A stretch of DNA of 10,732 nt from Candidatus Micrarchaeota archaeon (GTDB lineage Archaea > Micrarchaeota > Micrarchaeia > Norongarragalinales > UBA8480): assembly GCA_043805855.1 (NCBI GenBank), contig JAZDHP010000054.1:1-10732 (forward strand). The letters are read 5' to 3'. The notes under the pieces were generated by a model, which searched no databases, was not told where the DNA came from, and was given only the letters and a program-made list of their open reading frames with translations. Shown here one piece after another: positions 1 to 6,876 of the stretch. A program made the translations under genes and the position numbers. Positions within the stretch are counted from its first letter, which is position 1; each line of letters begins with the position of its first letter.

Positions 1-537
1 GTGCAAATTGACGTTGAGAATAGTGAAACGTTTGACCTCTCTTACGTTGACGCTGAGGGAAAGAAACAGCGCTTCGTTATTCTCCATGCTTCTATTCCTG
101 GCGCAATTGAACGCGTTGTGTACGCTTTACTTGAGAGAGAAGCGATGAAAATAAAAGCAGGAAAGCAAGCTGCGTTTCCGCTGTGGTTATCGCCAACTCA
201 AGTGAGAGTTATTCCAATTTCTGAAAAAGCGAATAAATATTGCCAAGAAGTGGTTGACTCTTTCAACCGCGAAGGTTACCGTGTTGACTTTGACGACCGC
301 AATGAAACTTTACAGAAGAAAATCCGCGAGGCTGAACACGAGTGGGTGCCGTTCATTGCCGTTGTAGGCGAACGTGAGGAAAAGGAAAAAACCCTTGCTG
401 TGAGAATAAGAGGAACTGGCAAGCAAGAAACGTTTACTCCATTATCGCTTGTTGAAAAGCTTGACGTAGAGACAAAAGGCAAGCCAAAGGAAAAGTTAAC
501 GCTGCCGCAGAAATTATCGCTTAGGCCGAAGTTTTAA
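1..537 (+). CDS. thrS: Threonyl-tRNA synthetase, archaeal type, C-terminal part (5'-truncated by the window edge)
   Basis: VQIDVENSETFDLSY and HASIPGAIERVVYALLE (class II motif 3, archaeal ThrRS flavour), then PLWLSPTQVRVIPI and an HGTP anticodon-binding domain (RVDFDDRNETLQKKIREAEHEWVPFIAVVGERE). The GTG at position 1 is an internal Val codon, not the start. Stop TAA at 535-537. Confidence 0.95.
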   Translation: MQIDVENSETFDLSYVDAEGKKQRFVILHASIPGAIERVVYALLEREAMKIKAGKQAAFPLWLSPTQVRVIPISEKANKYCQEVVDSFNREGYRVDFDDRNETLQKKIREAEHEWVPFIAVVGEREEKEKTLAVRIRGTGKQETFTPLSLVEKLDVETKGKPKEKLTLPQKLSLRPKF

Positions 538-577
538 GGAGTTGTGCGTACACTTCATCGCCAAGTTTTAAGTTGTA

Positions 578-583
578 TTTTTT
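578..583 (+). terminator. Possible archaeal oligo-T terminator after thrS
   Basis: T6 run about 40 nt after the thrS stop, in the convergent thrS/lemA intergenic region. A second T5 run lies at 623-627. The signal is weak in an AT-rich context. Confidence 0.25.
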
Positions 584-663
584 CATAATGCGCTTTGGAA
601 TGATTGCATACGCTTTGCTTCCTTTTTGCCTAACCTTTGCGATGAATAGAATTGTCATTTCTT

Positions 664-1254
664 CTAGTTGTCGAAGTTCATCTTTACGTCTTCAGTTGCG
701 CCTGGTGCTGGTTTGAACATTTCCTTCTTTTCCAAGTGCATCATTCCAGCAATTACGCTGTCTGGAATCTGTTGTATTCTAATGTTAAAAGTGTTAACTG
801 AATCGTTGTAAAACTCTCGCCTGTCTGCAATACCGTTTTCCAATTCACTAATGCGGCCTTGTAGTTGGTTGAAGTTTTCACTTGCGCGTAACTGTGGGTA
901 GTTTTCTGCCACCATAAATAATCGTCCAATTGCTGATGAAAGTAAATCATTTGCCTCTGCCTTTGCCTGAGGGCCAGCTGCTTTTGCCATGCTTGCACGT
1001 AAACGTGTAACTTCTTCAAGTGTTTTCTTTTCGTGCTTCATGTAACCTTTTACCGTGTCGAGTAATTTTGTTAACTCGTTGTTTCGCTGTACTAGCATTA
1101 CGTCGATGTTGCTCCACGCTTTGTCAATATTATTCTTCAGCGTTATAAGTGAGTTGTAAATGGATAGTAGGTAGAAAATCAAAGCAATTACAATAAGTGC
1201 AATTACAATTAACGCAATTACGGCTAAACCAATTCCAAACAGTGAAAGTAACAT
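664..1254 (-). CDS. lemA: LemA family membrane protein
   Basis: N-terminal hydrophobic anchor, then YNSLITLKNNIDKAWSNIDVMLVQR, LVDTVKGY-like LLDTVKGYMKHEKKTL, AENYPQLRASENFNQLQ, ELENGIADRREFYNDSVNTFN and QIPDSVIA, all characteristic LemA blocks. 196 aa. Confidence 0.95.
   Translation of the reverse strand: MLLSLFGIGLAVIALIVIALIVIALIFYLLSIYNSLITLKNNIDKAWSNIDVMLVQRNNELTKLLDTVKGYMKHEKKTLEEVTRLRASMAKAAGPQAKAEANDLLSSAIGRLFMVAENYPQLRASENFNQLQGRISELENGIADRREFYNDSVNTFNIRIQQIPDSVIAGMMHLEKKEMFKPAPGATEDVKMNFDN
1177..1221 (-). repeat. 3 x 15-bp in-frame tandem repeat encoding (VIALI)3 in the LemA membrane anchor
   Basis: Minus strand reads GTA ATT GCG TTA ATT | GTA ATT GCA CTT ATT | GTA ATT GCT TTG ATT. 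The units differ only by synonymous changes in the Ala and Leu codons. Confidence 0.8.
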
Positions 1255-1307
1255 AATTTATATTTCCCTCTTTAACTATTGTTCAAGTTTTTCAACTTTA
1301 AAAACAC

Positions 1308-2003
1308 TCACTTAAGCATTGTAAAAATAAGGTAGCCGGCTGAAAGTGCGGTTATTATTATTCCGCCGACAACGCTCCACTTTGAAGAGCTTGAGAGGCC
1401 GTGCTGTACGTCTTTTTCCTTTTTGTCAGTAATGTAAAAAGATTTATCTCCCTCGCCTTGCGTTACAATAAGCGCATCTGCATTTTTTGCAGTTTTTATT
1501 CCAGGGTGGGTTTTTGCTGTGCCGAGCACGTAAACTGGGTCGTCCAGTGCAAGAAAACTCTCAAGATCGCGTCGGTTAAAGCCATGGTATTTTGTTTTGT
1601 CAATTGGGATATCAATTTCTGCTTTTTGCGGCGCAATTTCCACTTTGCCTGTATCATCTTCAAGTAAAAAGTTTGCTAGGTTAGTATCTGTGCTGGTTGT
1701 AACCCAGCTGCCGCCGTTTTTACTGCGAATGTAAATCTGGTGTTCAACTTTATAATAAACGCATTTCGCTTTTGAAACTGGCGAGACGAGATTTTTTATC
1801 GCAGTGACTTTGCCGTTTAGCTCAACTAAACCAGCGGCCATTGAGCGAACTTTAGAGGTTGGCGTGTCAGCAACTTTTTTGAACTTCAGCCACTGCTTTA
1901 AGCCGTGGTAAAAGGAAAATAAGCCAATGAAAAGGCCAATAATCGCGTAGAAGAATAAATTGTCGCTATTATTTGAACTCAAAAGGAGCGAATATATATT
2001 CAT
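1308..2003 (-). CDS. GIDE-domain (MUL1/SP1-type, PF12483-like) two-TM membrane protein, no RING domain; paralogue A
   Basis: N-terminal TM, then DTPTSKVRSMAAGLVELNGKV, LVSPVSKAKCVYYKVE, FLLEDDTGKVEIAP, ESFLALDDPVYVLGTA, FYITDKKEKDV and a C-terminal TM. This is the motif order of prokaryotic GIDE proteins. 231 aa. Confidence 0.8.
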   Translation of the reverse strand: MNIYSLLLSSNNSDNLFFYAIIGLFIGLFSFYHGLKQWLKFKKVADTPTSKVRSMAAGLVELNGKVTAIKNLVSPVSKAKCVYYKVEHQIYIRSKNGGSWVTTSTDTNLANFLLEDDTGKVEIAPQKAEIDIPIDKTKYHGFNRRDLESFLALDDPVYVLGTAKTHPGIKTAKNADALIVTQGEGDKSFYITDKKEKDVQHGLSSSSKWSVVGGIIITALSAGYLIFTMLK

Positions 2004-2023
2004 AGAGTTAGTTTCGCGGCTTA

Positions 2024-2044
2024 GTTAAAAAAGCATTTGCTTTC
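2024..2044 (-). promoter_or_regulatory. Putative archaeal BRE/TATA promoter for GIDE paralogue A (possibly a leaderless transcript)
   Basis: Minus strand GAAAGCAAATGCTTTTTTAAC. The TTTTTTAA box lies 22-29 nt upstream of the ATG at 2003 and no SD is evident. A similar sequence (AAAACGCAATGTTTTTTAAC) occurs at 5878-5897 on +. Confidence 0.45.
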
Positions 2045-2052
2045 TGAGTTAG

Positions 2053-2751
2053 TTAAGCTATGACGCTTAGAAAAGTAAATACTAATGCAATTGCGCTTAC
2101 TATTATTCCAATTGTAATGCCTGTTTTCGCTTGGTTTTTCAACTCTTTGCTTATTTGAATTTCGCAGTCTTTTGAAATTGCATAAAACGGGTTATTTTTT
2201 CCTTTAAGTATGATTAGATTATTTGCGTTAGCTGCGCTTTTTGCATTTTGTTTCGTTTCGGCGGTTCCAATTAAATATATTTTCTGCTCTGGTTCAATTA
2301 GATATTCAATCTGTCGTTTTGTGCCCAGTGCAGCATTCTGTACATCGCCTTGGAAAAAATAATCTGCTGGCATTAAAATTTCCGCCTTGTTTGGGTTTAC
2401 TTCCACTTTTGCGGTTCCGTCGTCAATGTAAAAATTTTCAAATTTCTTATCAGCTACGCCGGTTGGCACCCAAGCGCGGTTTATCTTACCTCCCTCTTGG
2501 CGAGTTTTGACAAGCACAGTTTCAACCATCCAGTAAAAAACGCAGTTTTTCTTACCAGTCGGAGAAGTTAGTAATTTAATTGGTTTAACTTTGCCGGTTA
2601 TCTCTACAATTCCAACTGCCAGCGATCTTATTTTAGATGTAGGCAAATTAGAAATTTCTAAATATCCCTTCCAGTTTTTGAACCCGCTGTAAAAAATAAA
2701 CAAGCCGAAAAAAAAGAAAAAACCAAGAATTGGAAATGCAAATACGTTCAT
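2053..2751 (-). CDS. GIDE-domain two-TM membrane protein, no RING domain; paralogue B
   Basis: Aligns end to end with 1308..2003 (LPTSKIRSLAVGIVEITGKV, LTSPTGKKNCVFY, FYIDDGTAKVEVNPNKAEI, EYLIEPEQKIYLIGTA, FYAISK, C-terminal TM). Start moved from the ORF-track 2832, which overlaps glmU, to the ATG at 2751 (MNVFAFPILG). This gives 232 aa, matching the 231-aa paralogue. Confidence 0.8.
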   Translation of the reverse strand: MNVFAFPILGFFFFFGLFIFYSGFKNWKGYLEISNLPTSKIRSLAVGIVEITGKVKPIKLLTSPTGKKNCVFYWMVETVLVKTRQEGGKINRAWVPTGVADKKFENFYIDDGTAKVEVNPNKAEILMPADYFFQGDVQNAALGTKRQIEYLIEPEQKIYLIGTAETKQNAKSAANANNLIILKGKNNPFYAISKDCEIQISKELKNQAKTGITIGIIVSAIALVFTFLSVIA

Positions 2752-2788
2752 ATGTTTCAAAATTCTTAAGTTAATGATTGTTTTAAAG

Positions 2789-4030
2789 TCAGCGTTCAAC
2801 AACTGTGCCGCTTTCAACGTTTTCTTCCACACGCACTCCAGGGTAAATTGTGCATTTACCGCCGATAAGTTTTCCAGGGTAGATAACTACATTGCATCCG
2901 ATTTCGGTATTGTTTCCAATTGCACTACCTAACTTTATTCTCCCACTGTCAAGAATTTTTCCATTCACAGTTACTTTTATGCTTTTTCTATCAAACCGCA
3001 CGTTAGAACTCTGGCTGCCTGCGCCAAAATTTACATTTTCTCCAATTACGCAGTCAACAACGTGGTTAAAATGTAATGCTTTACTGTTTGACATTATGAT
3101 GCTTCGCTTAACTTCGCTGCTTCCTACCCTGCAATCTTTTTCCAATACGCAGTCTTTCATCAAGGCATTTGGGCCAACTTCACAGTTTTCGCCAAGGTAA
3201 ACATTGCCGTCAATGCGGCAAGGCCCGCGTATAATTGCGCCTTTGCCAACGCTAATTTTTCCATTTACAACAACGCTTTTTTCAATTGTCCCTTCGTTTT
3301 TCTCTTTCATTAAATTCTTCAACGCGTAGTCATTCGTATCAAGATAATTCCAAAAATAGCCAACGTCGTTCCAGTAGCCGTCAAAAGATAAAACCTTCAA
3401 GTCATATTTTTGGCTGTACGCAGTAAGCGCGTCGGTAACTTCATATTCTCCGCGCGGGGATAATTTCAATTCCTTCAGGAATTTGAAAAACGTTTTCGAA
3501 ACACAGTAAGTACCGGTATTAATCAGCGCGTTAGGCGCGACTGATGGCTTTTCAACAATTTTTTCTAAATTGCCATCTTTTTTTGTAAGAACTCCGTACT
3601 TTGATCCGTCAGCAACTTTTCTTCCAACGATAAACTCGCCAGCTGCGCTTTCTGCTGCAATTAGTGTATATAGCTTAGGGTCGCAAAACGTGTCTGCGTT
3701 GAACACCGCGAATTTTTCACTTGTAACGAAATCTTCTGCAAGTAGCGTTGCCCTACCAGTTCCGCTTAGTTCCTTTTGCTCAACAAACTCTAATTGCGGC
3801 GCGTATTTTGTTCCTTTAAAATGATCCAAGATTTTTTCCTTATGACTTCCTACAATCACAATTATTTTTCCCGCATGTGGAGCAACGTTTTCTACCATCC
3901 ATTCTAATAGGGGTTTTTCCAATATTCGCACCATTGTCTTTGGTTCGTGCTCGGTAATTGGCCATAATCGTTTACCGTTCCCAGCAGCTAGGAGAACGTA
4001 GTCAAGTTTTTTAAAATTTTCAAGTTTCAT
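2789..4030 (-). CDS. glmU: Bifunctional sugar-1-phosphate nucleotidylyltransferase / acetyltransferase (archaeal GlmU type)
   Basis: N-terminal LLAAGNGKRLWPITEHEPK nucleotidyltransferase signature, plus GTGRA, IVEKP, SPRGEYEVTDAL and WNDVG. C-terminal left-handed beta-helix hexapeptide repeats with NVNFGAGS..SNVRFD and GRIKLGSAIG. Start placed at ATG 4030, with GGTGA 7 nt upstream. Adjacent to glmS. Confidence 0.85.
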   Translation of the reverse strand: MKLENFKKLDYVLLAAGNGKRLWPITEHEPKTMVRILEKPLLEWMVENVAPHAGKIIVIVGSHKEKILDHFKGTKYAPQLEFVEQKELSGTGRATLLAEDFVTSEKFAVFNADTFCDPKLYTLIAAESAAGEFIVGRKVADGSKYGVLTKKDGNLEKIVEKPSVAPNALINTGTYCVSKTFFKFLKELKLSPRGEYEVTDALTAYSQKYDLKVLSFDGYWNDVGYFWNYLDTNDYALKNLMKEKNEGTIEKSVVVNGKISVGKGAIIRGPCRIDGNVYLGENCEVGPNALMKDCVLEKDCRVGSSEVKRSIIMSNSKALHFNHVVDCVIGENVNFGAGSQSSNVRFDRKSIKVTVNGKILDSGRIKLGSAIGNNTEIGCNVVIYPGKLIGGKCTIYPGVRVEENVESGTVVER

Positions 4031-4037
4031 AATTTTT

Positions 4038-4042
4038 TCACC
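4038..4042 (-). promoter_or_regulatory. Ribosome-binding site GGTGA for glmU
   Basis: Minus strand TGA(stop of glmS)TATTATAT-GGTGA-AAAAATT-ATG. GGTGA is the typical archaeal SD core. Confidence 0.65.
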
Positions 4043-4050
4043 ATATAATA

Positions 4051-5793
4051 TCAACGCACGGTTACTGATTTCGCCAAATTTCTCGGCCTGTCGGGATTCA
4101 ACCCGCGGCTACATGCCGTGTAATACGCGAGCAAGAATAACGGCACGGTTGAAACAATTGGGTAGAACTTTTCGTCAACCTTTGGGATGCATAGCAGATC
4201 GTCGTAGCAACTGTGAGGTTCATCGCTTACTCCAATAATATATGCCCCGCGTGCTTTTGTTTCCATTATGTTCGTAATCGTCTCGTCGTGCGTGTAATTC
4301 TTTGGGTTAATTGCAATTACTGGCACGCCATTGCTTATCAACGCAAGTGTACCGTGTTTTAACTCGCCTGCAGGCATTCCTTCGGCGTGAATGTAAGAAA
4401 TTTCTTTTAATTTCAATGCGCCTTCAATTGCAATTGCAAAGTTATTTCCCCGCGCGATGAAATATGCGCTTGGCTGGTTTTTTATCTTCTCGCTGATTTC
4501 CCTAGCTTTAACTTGGTTAAGTAAAATTGCCTCGCGAATTTTTCCAGGTATCTTTGTAAGTTCTTTAACGCCAGTTTCATAATTGCCAGTCATTGCAAAC
4601 GCAACTAAATATAAAACAGCAAGTTGGTTGAGGAACGCTTTTGTCGACGCGACGCCAATCTCCGGCCCGCACTTAATGTATAGTACTTTGTTGCTTTCTC
4701 TTGCTAATGTAGAGCCTTCAACGTTCACGATGCTGAAAACCCGTGCTCCGCGCTGTTTAGCTTCACGTATTCCGTTTAACACGTCTGCAGTTTCCCCACT
4801 CTGTGACACGGCAATTACAAGCGTATCTTTATTCCACTCTGGCGCAAAGTACTGGAATTCAGATCCAATCATAACTTCGCAGAATTTCTTCGCAAGTTTG
4901 TTGAATAGATAGCGGCCTACAATTGCAGCGTGTCGCGCTGTACCGCATGCGACGAAAACAACGCGTTTCGCCTTTTTCACTTCTTCAGCAAATTCTTTTA
5001 CTTCAGTTGCGTTTTGTTGCAGTGCCTTTGTAAAACTCTCTGGTGTTTCTTCAATTTCCTTTTCCATGAAGTGCTTGTGGTTTTGCAGTGTTGTCTCTTC
5101 GTTTTTCCACGCAATTGGTGAAAACGTTTTTGTAATCGCGCCGCTAGCTGTGCGAAAAGTTACGTTATTGTTTTGCAATACTGCAATTTCGCCGTCTTCA
5201 AGAGCTGTAAACGAATTAACGTGCTTTGCAAGCGGAAGTGTATCACTCGCTGCAAAAACCGCGCTGTGATTTTTTGCTATTACTAAAGGGCTTTCCTTTC
5301 GTGCCGCAACAATTTTATTTGGTTCATTTGTGCTTGTGACAACCAAAGCGTATGACCCCTTTAGTTTCTTTGTAACTTCAAGCACTGCGTTTTCCAAATT
5401 CGCGTTGCTTTCTTCAAGCAAATGAGGAATAACTTCAGTGTCGGTTTCAGAAGTGAAAATGTGTCCGCGTATTGTGAGTTCTTTTTTCAGTTCTAGGTAA
5501 TTTTCAATAACTCCATTGTGAACAACTGCGATATTTTTCTTACAATCTATATGCGGGTGTGCGTTTTCTCTTGTGACTCCGCCGTGAGTTGCCCAGCGCA
5601 CATGACCAATCGCACAATCTCCTGTAACTTTTGTTTCTTTTTTCACAAGGCCAATTTCTTTCGTCACGGTTAGTGTGTTGTTTTCAATACTTGCAACGCC
5701 CCAGCTATCATAGCCTCGGTATTCGAGCACAGTTAGCGCTTCAATTGCGGTGCGACCTGCATCGCATCCAATAACGCCTATAATTCCGCACAT
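4051..5793 (-). CDS. glmS: Glutamine--fructose-6-phosphate aminotransferase (isomerizing)
   Basis: True start MCGIIG at ATG 5793, giving the N-terminal nucleophile Cys. Motifs include LEYRGYDSWG, GHVRWATHG..NAHPH, VHNGVIEN, SETDTEV, SQSGETAD, GVASTKAF, ALKLKEISYIHAEG, GELKHG and PRNLAKSVTV. 580 aa. Confidence 0.97.
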   Translation of the reverse strand: MCGIIGVIGCDAGRTAIEALTVLEYRGYDSWGVASIENNTLTVTKEIGLVKKETKVTGDCAIGHVRWATHGGVTRENAHPHIDCKKNIAVVHNGVIENYLELKKELTIRGHIFTSETDTEVIPHLLEESNANLENAVLEVTKKLKGSYALVVTSTNEPNKIVAARKESPLVIAKNHSAVFAASDTLPLAKHVNSFTALEDGEIAVLQNNNVTFRTASGAITKTFSPIAWKNEETTLQNHKHFMEKEIEETPESFTKALQQNATEVKEFAEEVKKAKRVVFVACGTARHAAIVGRYLFNKLAKKFCEVMIGSEFQYFAPEWNKDTLVIAVSQSGETADVLNGIREAKQRGARVFSIVNVEGSTLARESNKVLYIKCGPEIGVASTKAFLNQLAVLYLVAFAMTGNYETGVKELTKIPGKIREAILLNQVKAREISEKIKNQPSAYFIARGNNFAIAIEGALKLKEISYIHAEGMPAGELKHGTLALISNGVPVIAINPKNYTHDETITNIMETKARGAYIIGVSDEPHSCYDDLLCIPKVDEKFYPIVSTVPLFLLAYYTACSRGLNPDRPRNLAKSVTVR

Positions 5794-5935
5794 TTTGTTT
5801 TTCACTAAGTAGGAACAGAGATTTGCCTCTTGGCGGTATATATTATCCGCTAAAAAACTTTCAATAGTGCTCAAGGCAAAACGCAATGTTTTTTAACAAA
5901 TTTGGCGCTACTTCTATTAAAAGAACGATAGTATT
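5794..5935. promoter_or_regulatory. Divergent promoter region between glmS and the HTH regulator, with an inverted repeat around a TATA-like core
   Basis: 142-nt intergenic. TGGCGG-TATATATTAT-CCGCTA at 5831-5852 is an imperfect inverted repeat flanking an AT core 44-52 nt upstream of glmS. TATA-like boxes on + at 5889-5896 (TTTTTTAA) and 5915-5922 (TATTAAAA). Confidence 0.5.
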
Positions 5936-6841
5936 ATGGATATGATTAAAATGCAACTTGTTGATGAAAATAAAGCAATGCCTTGTGTTCGCGTTGAGCA
6001 AAACGCCTTTTCGGCACTTTCTGTAGAGCGGGTGAAGATTTTGCAGTTCATTGCATGTGAGCCAACTTATCCTGCTGAAATTAGCCGCGAGCTTGGTTTA
6101 CAGGTGCAAACCGTTTACTATCATGTTCGCGAATTGCAACGCGCTGGGTTAATTGTTCCAGCTGGCATGGAGGAAAAAGGCGGCGCAATGGCAAAGAAGT
6201 TTACCGTTGCCGGCAACGCGCTTGCAGTTATTTTGAAAGACGATTGGGTGCCGTTCGCACAAAAGTCTACAAAAATCCCGTCGCTCTTGTCGCCATTTGT
6301 GAAAAACGGTTTGTTTGACGGTTATTTTGTTCTAGGTTCGCCTGATCCGCATGGTAAATACCGCTCGCGGGCAAGTGAATTCTGCGCGTGTGAATTGTCG
6401 ATGTTTCTTGGCAGTAGTTGCTCGTTTTCATTTCCTCTCTACCTTTTAGACACTGAATTGCGCGAGCAGCAAAAAAAGAAAAACCTAGTGTTGTTCGGCG
6501 GGCCAAAAGTAAATTCTCTCGTTGCCGAGGTGAATAGTTATTTGCCTATTAAATTCGACGAGAAAACGTTTGACGTTTACAGTTCAGTTTCCAAAAAAAG
6601 ATTTGCAGAAACAGTTGGGTTAGTTGAGGTTATTGACAACCCGTTTGCTCATGGAAAGAAATTGTTGTTCGTCGGTGGGATGAACCACTTAAGCACTCGC
6701 GCTGCTGTGCTTGCCGTTGTAAGTAAATGGAAGGAAATTGAAAAGGGAAATTCGTTTGATTCTAAAGTAATTGCGCGCGTTGTCGAGGGTTTCGACGAAG
6801 ACGGCGATGGAATAATTGACAGCGTGGAATTTCTCGAATGA
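5936..6841 (+). CDS. ArsR-like winged-HTH transcriptional regulator fused to a C-terminal alpha/beta domain (S-layer C-terminal-like NLVLFGGPKVN motif) ending in a DxDxDG loop
   Basis: RVKILQFIACEPTYPAEISRELGLQVQTVYYHVRELQRAGLI is a classic ArsR/HTH_20-type wHTH. The C-terminal region has VLGSPDPHG, NLVLFGGPKVN and DEDGDGIIDSVEF. The start could also be 5942 or 5951. Confidence 0.85.
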   Translation: MDMIKMQLVDENKAMPCVRVEQNAFSALSVERVKILQFIACEPTYPAEISRELGLQVQTVYYHVRELQRAGLIVPAGMEEKGGAMAKKFTVAGNALAVILKDDWVPFAQKSTKIPSLLSPFVKNGLFDGYFVLGSPDPHGKYRSRASEFCACELSMFLGSSCSFSFPLYLLDTELREQQKKKNLVLFGGPKVNSLVAEVNSYLPIKFDEKTFDVYSSVSKKRFAETVGLVEVIDNPFAHGKKLLFVGGMNHLSTRAAVLAVVSKWKEIEKGNSFDSKVIARVVEGFDEDGDGIIDSVEFLE

Positions 6842-6876
6842 GTTAAAAATACAGGAGTTGCAATTGATTTATGCGT
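6813..6876 (+). repeat. 64-bp direct repeat, copy 1 (3' end of the regulator gene, intergenic region and start of paralogue 1)
   Basis: TAATTGACAGCGTGGAATTTCTCGAATGAGTTAAAAATACAGGAGTTGCAATTGATTTATGCGT aligns without gaps to 8091-8154, 53/64 identical by hand count. Confidence 0.9.

Noticed and set aside
525..575. Short near-repeat around the thrS stop (GCCGAAGTTTTAAG and GCCAAGTTTTAAG)
   Set aside because: It is too short and AT-rich to separate from chance, and nothing else indicates an integration site.
2708..2722. A8-G-A6 tract near the 5' end of GIDE paralogue B as a phase-variation site
   Set aside because: It simply encodes a poly-Phe stretch in a TM helix. The frame is intact and short A/T runs are common throughout the window.
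2752..2832. 27-aa N-terminal extension of GIDE paralogue B
   Set aside because: It overlaps the glmU 3' end and has no counterpart in paralogue A. ATG 2751 gives a matching length.
4051..4083. GlmS ends KSVTVR instead of the usual KSVTVE, and glmM is absent from the cluster
   Set aside because: The catalytic Lys and the rest of the tail are intact, so a single terminal substitution is not informative. glmM may lie elsewhere in the genome.
5794..5886. 31-aa N-terminal extension of GlmS in the ORF track
   Set aside because: GlmS needs Cys at the N-terminus after Met removal, so the real start is MCG at 5793.
5845..5909. Partial resemblance to a glmS ribozyme upstream of glmS (minus strand AGCGCC at 5909-5904 and TATTGAAAG...TAGCGGAT at 5866-5845, compared with the consensus AGCGCC...UAUCGA...GGCGG)
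   Set aside because: The core GACGAGG is absent, the CGCC/GGCG pairing is broken (AGCG), no good P1/P2 helices form, and the region looks like a divergent promoter. An Infernal search with the Rfam glmS model would settle it.
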